Positions 14,147-26,200 of a stretch of DNA of 64,000 nt are shown here, one piece after another. Source of the stretch: Podarcis pityusensis. Lineage: Eukaryota. Positions within the stretch are counted from its first letter, which is position 1. The number at the start of each line of letters is the position of its first letter. The DNA lies in NCBI GenBank assembly GCA_964106645.2, contig OZ067041.1. One strand, given 5' to 3'. The notes under the pieces are model-generated. The model had not been told where the DNA came from, did not search any database, and saw only the letters and a list, made by a program, of their open reading frames with translations. A program made the translations under genes and the position numbers.

Positions 14147-16287
14147 TAAGTTTACTGAATGACTCAAGCCTATGGGACAAATATTAGATTGGTGCTAGGT
14201 TGAGTGTAGGGGTGGGCTTCTAGATATGATTGCAATCCAATTCCCATCAGCCCCATTATAGACATTGGCCAGGGATGATGGAAGTTGGGATCCAGCAGCT
14301 CTTGAAGTTGCTGGATCAACTTCATATTCCATGTGAGATGGGGAATAGGAGATCCAAGGGTCACACCATTGCAGCTGGAGGTGAAGGGAAGAGCCAGCAG
14401 TGTAGCTTAAGGCGGTCATAATATTGGGTTCCAGATGTGGCAGCTAATGTGCAGATGGTCTAGAACGACAAACATTGCAGTTCAAAGCAGGAAAAAGATC
14501 AGGTTACAGAGGTAGAATGTGGGAAATGGTGGAAAGCAGACATTCTGGCAGTCTCCTCAACAGAAAAACAGTATGCTTAGATTGGGGAGCAGAATTTAAC
14601 AAAGCTGAGGTTTTATAGGGTCAGATGGAACTGAATTAGCTGTCCAGGTCACCAAGCAGATGCTGAGGTTGGGTAGCAAGGACTGTGAACATGCCTCTAG
14701 CAATCTAATTCTGCCTACCACTCTTTCAGCAGACATGCTAAGTTGGTGGCACAAGAGGTAAGAAGATGTCCATGTCTGTTTGCTGGTGGCTCCAGTTATA
14801 TATCCCAGGCACTCTATAAGAGCTGCAGTTTTTTCAGACCTGTGCGCTGCTGTGCTCTCTTTATTTTCTTAACTGAGATCTGATTCAAATGCTATGACTA
14901 TCGTACTCCTGCATGACAATGACTCCACGGGGTGCCTCTGACATTTGAAACCCCCTCACCACCTGTCTCATCTGGGTTGCATAGATAGTCTTCATTACAA
15001 TGCCAGTATTCTTTAATGCATTATCCCAGTGTACGAAACTCTCCACGAGATCAGGTGACCTACCTCATGAAATGGCTCTCTTGTCACTCATGCAAGCCCT
15101 TTCCTCACCAGTATTCCATACGAAGTTACAATATGCACAATCCATTCTGTTACTTGGAGACTTGCCCCAAACAGATTGCACCCAAGTAAAAGGCAACAGC
15201 ACTTAAATAGGATGCAAATTTTGCCAAGAACATTATGGTAGTATCTACTTACATTTCAGCATTTCACGAAGTTGCAGTACAGCAGAAGCTGCTGTTAGAA
15301 AAACTATTACTAAGAATTCCAGTATCATCACTGGATGTAGATGTGACAATTGCTTAGCGGTCAGGATGTTTGTTTGCTTGTTTACTTGGAGCACCACTTA
15401 TAGTACATTAAGATCTTCTCTATGGCCTTTGCTGCTCATTCTGTGAAGGCTACAGCTTTCAAAAAGCGTTGGCTAACTGTGACCTTCTTCTGTAGAAATA
15501 TACATGTATGCTCAGTATAATGTGATACCCATGCAGGAAACCATCATCTGTGCAATAAGGACCTTCAATCAGCAGATAGGACAAGTCCCGGTTAAAACTT
15601 TCTGGATCACACACTGACTGTCTGTCTCTCTATTTTCTCCACCTCTTTACAGAAAGTGTTAAACGGTCAGTGAATGAAATAAAAAGGTTTGCCAAGAACA
15701 ACAAAAACGGTAACATGCAGTTCCCTCTCTGAGGAAGCAACCTTGTGGGATTCCACATTTTTATAGACTTAAGTGATAAACTGTAGGCAAGTTTTGAAAA
15801 CACATAGGCAGTGTTGCAAATGCCATCATGGTAATGTCAGAGAAGCAAATGACATCATCATCACCATCACCACCATCTTCATCATACAGTAATCTCAGAT
15901 AAACTGATGGAGGCAAATGGAATCCTTATTTGTGAAGGAACCCAAGAAAGATGAGCTATCTAAGAGATTGCCTTAATGTGGTTCCCCCAAAGCCAAGAAA
16001 GGCCATTTTCATCTTGTTTCAGATTAAATATTTTTTTAAAGAAATATTTAATGTATGCTAAAGCAAGGCTTGACTACACACAGAAATAAGGAATGAGCAA
16101 ATGCCACTCCAATATTTTTAAAAATAAACAAAAAAGGGAGTATTTTAAAGCACAATCTGCAATTTACCTCATGTTTCTGTGCCATGCTATGAAAAGAAAA
16201 AGAAAAAAGGCAAAGTAAAAGAGTGGCATTTAAATCTGTATATTCTGGGTTGCGTTGCCATCAAATTCACCCAACCAAACTCATTAA

Positions 16288-16437
<150 letters not shown>

Positions 16438-16630
16438 TAATCTAGTAGTTCCTTCATGTCGGTTCCTTGTAACCATAACAGCAAAATATATTCGGCATAC
16501 AGACCATTATAATTTTTGATTAGGGTCAGTTTGGCTACATTAGGTGACTCACTAATAATTCTAGCTCTTTCCACTTACTACAATCATTGAAGTATCTTGC
16601 ATCTAAAGCACTTGTTGTACTTTCCAATTA

Positions 16631-16856
16631 CAGTGGTACCTCAGGTAACATACGCTTCAGGTTACAGACTCCGCTAACCCAGAAATAGTGCTTCAGGTTA
16701 AGAACTTTGCTTCAGGATGAGAACAAAAATCGTGCTCCGGCGGCGCAGCAGCAGCAGGAGGCCCCATTAGCTAAAGTGGTGCTTCAGGTTAAGAACAGTT
16801 TCAGGTTAAGTACGGACCTCTGGAACGAATTAAGTACTTCACTTGAGGTACCACTG
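16631..16856 (-). mobile_element. Tigger/pogo-like MITE, inverted copy of 1524-1748
   Basis: TA TSDs, CAGTGGTACCTC TIRs; interior is the reverse complement of the 1524 copy. Confidence 0.9.
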
Positions 16857-17363
16857 TAGTAATTATTGCAGTAATGTTGTGCTGGTTGGGAAAAGCTTCA
16901 TTTCTTATTCCCATAAAGGAAGTGGCAATCCTACTATCAAAGAAAAATTAAGCCACAGGAATTGTGAGGTGTGTTTTTTTAATCTACGAAAGATTATATG
17001 GTCTACACCTATGTTTCACAACTAGTTTTACAGCAGGGGTGTTTCAAGGAGATGACAGGCAAAGTGGCAAAGTTTGTTAAAGGCACTGGCCTTAACAAGC
17101 TGTGGTTCCCATAATTCTTTAGGAGAAGTCATGACTGCTAAAGTAGCCTAAGAGTGCTTTAAAGGTAGGATGTGATTGTGACATGAAAGACCAATTGTCA
17201 GCATGGGAATTGGGCATGTCTTCTTTGGGCTGTTTCCACATTAGAGTTGTTCCCCCCCCCCCAGTGACTTTTTTAAATGTTTCTGCCAACCTGATACTTG
17301 TCTCTTGGTGGTGCCAATTTGGACCAGCGCTCAGAGAACTGAGATTGCTCTTAATATAGATGA

Positions 17364-17585
<222 letters not shown>

Positions 17586-18045
17586 AGATGTTTTTGCCAT
17601 TTCATTTTATTTTTAAAAAGATTATATTATACCCTGCAGCCAAATTCCTAAGAAGCAACTCTAAACAGATTTGTAAAAATTCAGGAAAAGAATTGTCTGC
17701 CCCTAAGTCTCAGTGAAGTCACACTGTCTTTAACATGATGTTATTTTATTCATTTACTCTGAAGTACTCCCACTACTCCACAGATAGGAGTTTCTTGACC
17801 CGACATAAGGGCCAGTCCACACATTACATTTTTGTTAGCAAATATAGGGACAGAATTAGCTGCAGCTAAGTGTACATTGGGTTGCAAATCTATATTTCCA
17901 TGTAATGTGTGGAAAACTCCCAAACTATGCCAATATTGTTGCAGGCAGCATTATAAAATGCTGCGCAGAGGTAGAATAGTAGAATTATACTATTAAATTT
18001 ATTGTAAGCCGCTCCAATAATTTATTTGAAGAAAAGGGTATAGTA

Positions 18046-18051
18046 AATAAA
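18046..18051 (+). terminator. Candidate polyadenylation signal for the short ADPRHL1 isoform
   Basis: AATAAA about 460 nt after the exon-7 stop; positional inference only. Confidence 0.3.
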
Positions 18052-18881
18052 ATAGATTAAGGGTATTTAAATTCTGTCAGTATTCAATACTTAAGAATGT
18101 CTTCTAATATTAATTAATATTAATCATACTACTTTAATTATAGCACCTTGGCATTATAATTCTTGGGGGGATGAAGCAGTTTAATAACCCATTTTTGTTA
18201 TAAAATTCTGCATCACATCAAAATGTGACTGCATGTACACATATGCCAATAATATATATGTAAAACTAATGCTGTCTGCACACCTATTTAAGGCAAACTA
18301 ATTTTATCACCCTTTGAAGGAAGTTTATCTGAGATTCTATTTCTTCAGTCCATTTTTATGCACTCTTTCCAGTTTCCTCTCAACTCCGTAATATCGACGT
18401 TTCTGTGATATCACCTAACTGAAAATCAATTAAATGTATATCCTTTTTCAGAACTGTAGTGCCTAAATATTCTAGGAAGTTATCTGAGATTTAGCAGAAC
18501 ACAAATATATATATATATGCAATGTAACAAAACACAACTCTACAACTATTCCTGGCTTCCTATATATTTTTGTGGTGATTCCCCCCCCCAAAAAAACCTT
18601 TACAAACTTTTTAATGATTTGGGTGGCTAAAATACTTGTAAATAAATTAATCTTATGCCTCTTCATAAGCATCATTCATTATTTTGACATTGTGTGCATT
18701 GCATGTTACTGTGTCATTGCTGGAATTCTTGCTTGCAGTTGTCACTAAGTCATTGTTGGTCAAGGTTACAGTGAGTTTCTTGGTGCTGAGAATCTCTTCT
18801 ACTACAAAATCTAGAAAGTGTTGTTCTGGTGTAGAAAGATGTAGGATATATAGTGGCAGATAAAGAGTTTCAAAGTTAGTG

Positions 18882-19323
18882 GGTTGGATCCAGACTGAGG
18901 CTGCAATCTTACATACATTCAACTTGGAGTAAGTTCTGTTGATTTCAATGTGGTTTTCTTCTGAGTAAATATGGAGATGGCTGGTAGTTGTGGCATAAGT
19001 TAAGAGCATTTAGATTCTGTTAAAATCAATATAGAAAGTTAGTAATGACTAATTTAAGTCCTACTGATTTCCATTGGACTTAAAGTGTGACCAAGGTTGG
19101 CACTCAACTAAGTCTTACTCAGAGTAGACCCACTGAAATGAATGGGCCTCACTTAGTCATGTTCATTCATTTCAATCGGTCTACCCAGAGTTGAATCTAG
19201 TTGAATACCACATAAACAGTGCAAGTCTTACCATGTCTACTCAGAAGTAAGTCCTATTCAATTGGGCTTACGAGTTCCAGGTGAGTAGGATGGATTGCAG
19301 CCTAACCTAGTCTAGATGCAACC
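18882..19323. repeat. Composite of nested short palindromic repeats (fold-back)
   Basis: Outer arms ggttggatccagact / agtctagatgcaacc; inner inverted pair aggctgcaatc...ttctgagtaaatatgg / ccatgtctactcagaa...gattgcagcct; central hairpin gtagacc...tgaaatgaatg / cattcatttca...ggtctac. Confidence 0.65.
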
Positions 19324-22300
19324 AAGGCAGCAGATATCCCTGTGTAGATTTTTATTCCCTCCGTTGTTCCTGATGTAGATCTTCACTCATCCCTTCTTCC
19401 GTGGTGGTAGGAGGCATGCCATTTTGTGGTTTACCTCAGGTGCCAAAATGTATTGGGCCAGCCCTTTGTGTAAATTTTGACATACACTGCCAGCTTCCAC
19501 CTTAGTTCTTCACTGTGGTCAGGTCCTTCACTCTCTCCTGAAATTTTAAGGTGTTTTGCCAGTCAGAGGTTGACTCCCAAATGAAAATACACTGCTGGCC
19601 TCTTTCTTCTTCTCCATGTTGAACGTACTCTCTTAAACAGTCACCTTGTACGTTGTAACAGTAACCTTGTAACTATGAATAGTGACTGAGGCAGCCTACA
19701 AAACAATCTCTGTATAATATGATCCAAATTATGAAGCCGCATTTGCTGTTTTATATTATTACCTTTGTTTCAAAGCAGTGCCTTGGGCAGTTTATTTTAT
19801 ATGCCCCCAATCTATTTTAACTTTCTGAGTAAACCGCTTTTAAGTCCGATTGATTTCTGATATCAACTTTGTGCCTCAGTCCCCTTTTACAGTAAATAGG
19901 ATATATAGACCGTTCCTATGTACTTTTACTAAGAAGTAGCCACCACAGTTCAGTGTGACTTTACTTCCTAGTAATCATGCATAGGATTGCATTCCTAACA
20001 CATAACTTTAATTCTTTCCATAGAATACCCATTCCTAACCCTTTGTCAGCAGCTATACTTAGTTGCCCTAAGAGTATATGCAATTTGCTTTCATTTGTTG
20101 AAACTGCTGAAGTGAAGAATATAGGTGCTGAAACATACAAACAGGTCATTCATGACAAGACACTGATTTAATTCTGGCCAGGAAAGAAAAAGGAATTTGC
20201 CATATCATTAGCAAATCTCTAATGTGATCTTTGGGTTCTTATGTTACCACAGCAGCATAGGAAAGTTTCCTCACTGCTGAGGTAACACTGAAGTGAGTCC
20301 TATGGACTCTGACCCACAGTGTGAGTTCTTTGTTTAAGATTGAAATTTTCTGCCTCTTGACACCAGAAGACAATTAAATGAGACCCAGGCCCACAATGCT
20401 GGTTTCAAGACCTCCTGAATATGCCTTTTGTGTGTGGGCGTTGATGAAACAAGGATTTCATATGGGGGAGGGATTGGAGAGGGACTGAAGAAATGGGGAA
20501 CAGATATTTCCCCTTCATTCCCGAAGCTAGATTTATAAATGCATCATAGTCTTTGTTTGAAATAAAACTCTTGATGTGTTCTTCCCATCTGAAGGCTCCT
20601 ATAACTTGAAAGGGCAAATTTTTTAAATCATCGGGTATATTTAATATTCATCCTTGAATTCATACTTCGGTAACGGGAAGAGAATCCAGTGAGTGATATG
20701 GCTTGAGATTAACACCAGTTCCAATAAATCCAAACCTTGAATCAGTGACGTTATCCATTCTTTCATGTGTGCGTCAGGCATGGCCTCAGCAGAAGCTGCT
20801 TTTTATAAAAGTGTTGTATACGTGTGTTGTCGTGCAATGGGGAAAACCCCAAAACACAGTGACATCTAGCTGTTCATCCTTATCCTCATATGCTGCATAT
20901 TGTTTGTTGTATTCAGTGCTGGCCAACTGTCAAAGTTTTCATTGCTTTTTTTCCCATTATGACAATGGTAATTATAAGCAGAACCTGTGATGTTGAGCAC
21001 AACTGTTTCATTCAGATGTTCTTGTGTGCAATGTTTACCTGTGAGAAAAGCTCTGAGGCCTAGATTTTGCCATCTTCATTTACAAGCAGAGGGGTGAGGG
21101 GCAGTCTGCCACTTACATGGGATACTGTTCTTCAGGAACATCTATATTTCTGATTATTGTGAGGTATAAAAAAGTCACCATAACATGTGCTGTTAAAATG
21201 CAACGTTGTTGTGTGTATTTCTGTCTGAAGATCTATCTCTCCAAAAAGCAGTCTTTTGATGCTTGCTGTGAAATCTCTTTCTGCTCCTCCCTCCTTCAAA
21301 CTTGAGCTGGCATCCCTGTTGATAGGACATGACCATTAAAAGTACCTTTTTTTAAAAACCACAAAGCAACAACAACTCTTCATAAAATGTCACAGCTTGT
21401 TGAGAAAGGAAAAAAATAAATAAATGGTTGACTATCTTATAGTGATGTGGATGGCAGAATCTATCTGAATTTAGCAGCTTATGTTGCTTCTCGAAATCAG
21501 AAAAGCACCTTCATTGTATGGTCTGGGCATCTTACGTGGTAAGGATGAACTCCTGATCTGCTGGAATCAAAGCTGGCATTTGCCCTTGCATTCACCAGTG
21601 CCAGGATTTCATCCCAAGGCGATTTGTTGTCTTGCTTTTGCTTGTATATGAAGAGGTATAAAAACTTAATACTGTCCTGGTATGCAGACTGAATCCCATT
21701 CACATACTACTTTATTATTACGTGAATTAACCTTCCAAGTTTTTTTATGGTGCTAGAAAGTTGAAACCTCTGGTGCATTTTCCCCCCTCCGGGCTATTGT
21801 CTATTACTGTTGACTTCACCATGTAGCTTTCACACTGAGTTCACTATTTTATTTAGTAACGGATCCTCACCAGTTAATGCATTTCCTAAATCCTCAGCTG
21901 CCTGTAGGCCTAATTCTTCAAACAGAAGTAGGCTTATAACCATGCCAGACTTCTATCTCTACCCATGTTAATAAATGAAAGGATAGAGAGGTCAATTGAT
22001 ACTGTGTTGGATATCATGGCATACAATGCTTTTATCTCTGGCTTTCCAGATTTCATTGGGATTCAGAAAAGGGATTTTAAGAGAACATTTCCCCGCATAA
22101 TTGATGGGAAAGCAGATCAGATTTTCGCTTAGGACTAGATGGATTTTATTACACAGTGGAATGCTGCAAGCTTTCAAACTTTGCTAGCTCCCTATAGAGA
22201 GCAGGCCAGGCTCCAAAGCGTTCTGTGCATTAAAAAGTAGGATTTGGACTTGCATTTCTCTAACAGTATCTTCATCACATCCTACTATCAGATGACAAAC

Positions 22301-22975
22301 TGCATTAGAAACTGAGGGTTTCAATAGTATGGCATGAGAGTCAGTTGAAATAAAATAAGTTTTTTTGTTTTGTTTTTTAAACCCCACTGAATGAATGAAC
22401 TATGTAATCTTTTGCTAGTATCCTGTTCCTCTCTGTTTTCTGCCCCTTTCAGAAATGCACAGGATTTAAAAAAAAAAATACAGACAGAACCTCACACTAC
22501 ATAGTGTCATGCTCCAGACATGACACATAGTCATATTTTGTTTTCTGGTACTTCAGCTGCATGTTAAGCCACTATGCCATTATTTGGAATGTGCCTGCAG
22601 AGGCGCATCCTGTGTTTCAAAGAAAGTTTAAAAAAACACCACTCTGTGCTAATACTATGTATGCTTACTGTTCATAACAGCCATTCCTGGACAGGTATCA
22701 GCAATCATCTGTTAATAACAGTCATGGCTAAGACAACTGTTGTATATCATCTTCTGCACTGGATAAATGTGCCTGGCACATTAAGAGGAGTGCCGATGTA
22801 ATTTTACTTCTAAAATTAATGCTCATTTTTTATTATGCATATATTATGGTTTTTCACTTTTTAAAAAAACCTGTTGATTTTATCTATATCTTGATACATT
22901 TTATTATGTCTACCTGTTTTTAAGTTTACTTTTCTTGGTAATATGAGTATTTTATACCGTGTGTTTTTTTGAGGA

Positions 22976-23158
22976 GGAGGACTGTAGTTCAGTGGTAGAG
23001 CACCTGTATTTCATGCAGAAGGTCTTAAGGTCAATCCCTGGCAACTCCAGATAGGGCTGAGAGACACCCTTGCCTAAAATTCTGAACAGCCATTTCCTGT
23101 CAGTGTTGACAATCCTGAGCTAGATGGACTTATTGCCTGACTCAGGCAAGTTCCTGTG
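22976..23158 (+). mobile_element. tRNA-derived SINE (Squam3-like)
   Basis: Head tgtagttcagtggtagagca (A box) ... ggtcaatccctggca (degenerate B box), followed by a non-tRNA body ending gagctagatggac...ggcaagttcctgtg. Confidence 0.75.
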
Positions 23159-23290
23159 TAAAAATAAAAAATAAAGCGGTATATAATCTTGTTTAATAAA
23201 TATAAACACATTAAAACCAGTAAGGAAGTAAAAGCAATGTTGATGACTTTCCCTGGACAAAAACAACAACATTCGTTTTCTTTTATGCAG

Positions 23291-26200
23291 CAGAAGTAAA
23301 GGTACAAAGCTGGGCAGTGATAAGGTGCTGGTTGACCCCATAGTGCTGAAGAAGAAGCTCAGTAAGATGTCCACAGAACTAGGTGCATTTGCTGTCCTCA
23401 GCAGCCTTCTACTTTACCTCACAGACCTCCTATCCAGCCGACCCCAGGTCGAGAGCAAGAAGGCCAAGTGGCTCGAAGGGATAGAGAACAAGGTGAACTC
23501 GAGGCGCGAATGCCATAGCGCACATGGCGGCATTCGTCCCACCAAATTCCAGCTTCTGCAATCGAGGTTCATGAACAACAACCGCGAGGCCTACAGGAAA
23601 AGGTCGAGAGAGGTTGGCAAGCTGGTCGTTAAAGAAAAGCAGAACAGAAATGGGCTAAACTCCATTGTAAGCAAGCTGGACAAAAGCTCCTCAAAAGAAG
23701 GAGAAAGCCCAGAGATAACACCCCACGATAAAGTCAAATGGGTCTGCTCAACTGGGAAAAATACTGTGAAGAATATCCTGAAGAAATTCTTAGTTGCTGA
23801 GGAAAAAGAAGCTAAAGAAAGAGAAAAGCAGGTGGCTCCAAAAAAGAAGACCCCAAACGATAACCTGCCCAAGATAATCAACAAAAACTCTGTCTTGTCC
23901 AAACTGAAAGAAAAGTTTGAACAAAGCAGTAATATCTGTTCAGCCATTGAGGTGAAATCTTTGCTGCCGCGCAAAGGCGAGAGAAAGAGCAAAAAAGGCC
24001 CAGAGAGAAAAAAGATTTGCAAACCTGAAATAAGAGTGCTTGAAAGGAAACTAAGGACAACCACAATTGTCAACAGCCCTCAGCCTCAACAGCTGGTATT
24101 CACAACTGTCCCTACACCTAAATTCTGTGTTGCTACTGAAATTAGTCACCCTTGGAGCTGGGCTACAAATGCCAAGTCCGCCACTCAGCCTTCTGAAGTG
24201 GGGAGGCCAAAAGACACCCAGAAAGCACCTGGCATTGGGTCGCATGACAGCAAGATACCAGAAAGCATGACACATAAAGGGCAACTAGGAGGACAGTTGC
24301 AAAACAAGCATCATGAAATGCCTAAGGTGGTGGCTGACAAAAAGGACATTGTCAAGAGTAATGTAACTCCTACAAGCCCAGGTTCTAATCAAGACAGTGT
24401 TCTTCCTTCACGTGAAAATGTGTCCCTTGTTGATTGCATTCCTCCTTTATCTAAGGACAGCTTAGATCACAAAGAGAACATCATACCGCCTGTGGATGAT
24501 ACCTTTTCCAGGTCCAGAGACAAAAATGCAGCAAAAATCATGAGCAGAGAAAACATACCTACTAACGACCTCTCTTCTAATCCAGCTGAAGGAGTTCATG
24601 TACATAGTCACCAGGAAATGAAAGAGGATGGGATTCCTGGCATACCAGAAGGCATGTTCAGGCCAAAGGAGACAGAAATAGAATTAGCAGAGCCTATAAA
24701 AGATCCCCCATTCACCAGCCAAAAATGTTTCTCTGAAAAGAAAGTGTTGGAAAATATTCCACCATTTCTCTCTCCTGTAGCTCAGGCATCTTGTAACAGA
24801 GAGCCTCCAATAAAGGACCAGCAATCAAGTGTTGAACCTGCAGCTGTTCACAAAATGCCTCCGCTTAAGCCAAGTCAAGATAACGCACAAAGTTTGGGGA
24901 GCACATTTTCTGACACGGTTCAGAACAAAGAGAAGCTGCCTGATAAGGAGGAACTATTTCCTAGCCTTAACAAAAGCGACCATGCGGGTAAAGCAAAAAA
25001 GGGAGTGCTACAGCCATCGAGAAGCCAAGGTGAGCCATCTGATCAACAGGCAGAAAGGGAGCATTTGCCCAAGGAGCCACAATCACATCCAAAGCTGAGC
25101 CAACAAAATAACCCTAGCTCAAACATATCAAAACAGACTTTAGATCAACCACACCAAACTCCTACTTCAAATAGGAGCCAGAAAGACAACAATGATTTAA
25201 AAGGAAATGATTTTGAAAAAGAGCTTTGCCCTTTGACTGGCGATTTAGATAAATCCAGCTGTGTTAGAGCAGCAGAGAATACTAGCAAAGCTGAACTGCG
25301 CTCAGATAATGAAAAGACAAATTCTGAAAACAAGAGCAAAAAGGGAAATAGTAGCTTGAGCCATTTGGATACCTCTCAGAGGCTGCCGGAAGAATTCATC
25401 AGACACGAAACTGGCAATCTGGAAAAGAATCCTACACCTCCTTTTCAAAAATCTCACTCATCCTCACTAACCGACTCAGCAAATCCAGAAGGCGATACTC
25501 CAGAAGTCGACAGACCTTGGTGCAGTGTTGGAAACCTCCAAACCCCAACATCAAATGCAGTGAAAAAGAAAGAGAGCTGTATTGTAAGAGATAATGCAGC
25601 CAGTCCTAATTCTGAGAAACACCACTTCCCTTCTCCAGCTGAATTGCTGAAGCCCAAGGGGGCACCTGGGCAAGACAGCAAGCCAACAACAAGCAATTTG
25701 TGCAATGATTTAATTAAGAGTGAAAACCATGCTGTAGAAGTTGAGGGTATGAGTCCCCAGACCAGGAAGTATCAACCAGCCTCAACAAAGGAGACTAGAA
25801 AGCGTGAAATTAGTCCTGTAGGGGAGGCAAGCCCCGCGCACAATGTGGAGAAGCAGCAGGTGCCCTTAGGAAACAAAACTGGGAAGCAGGAAAGCATAAA
25901 AGTGATGGCAGAAGTAAAGCCTGAGAAAAGCGGATTTCCCTCCCCAAATGAAACAGTAAAGCAGGGGAACAGTGAAGGAGGAGAAAGAAATCTACTGAAA
26001 GAAGTACAATGTCTAATTCCATCATCTGTTGACAGAAAGGGGCAAGATGATAAGGTAACAGAAGAGAAAAACTCTATAGTGGGAGGTAAGAAGTTGGTGC
26101 GTAACTCCAATATGCCCCAGAAATTAATAAAAAGTGACCTTGCAGAGGGTGGTGGTGAAAGAGCAGGTTCACAGCAGCTGACCCCACCAAAGCATAAACC

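Noticed and set aside
15853-15885. Poly-His-like (CAT/CAC)n tract
   Set aside because: Intronic imperfect microsatellite with no ORF or splice context.
19900-22400. Possible endogenous viral element or hidden gene in the repeat-poor part of intron 7
   Set aside because: Only short ORFs (under 100 aa) with no recognisable motif or consistent frame; a translated database search would be needed to exclude it fully.
22976-23050. tRNA gene
   Set aside because: Degenerate stems and B box, and it continues into a SINE body that has a second copy at ~2053-2228.
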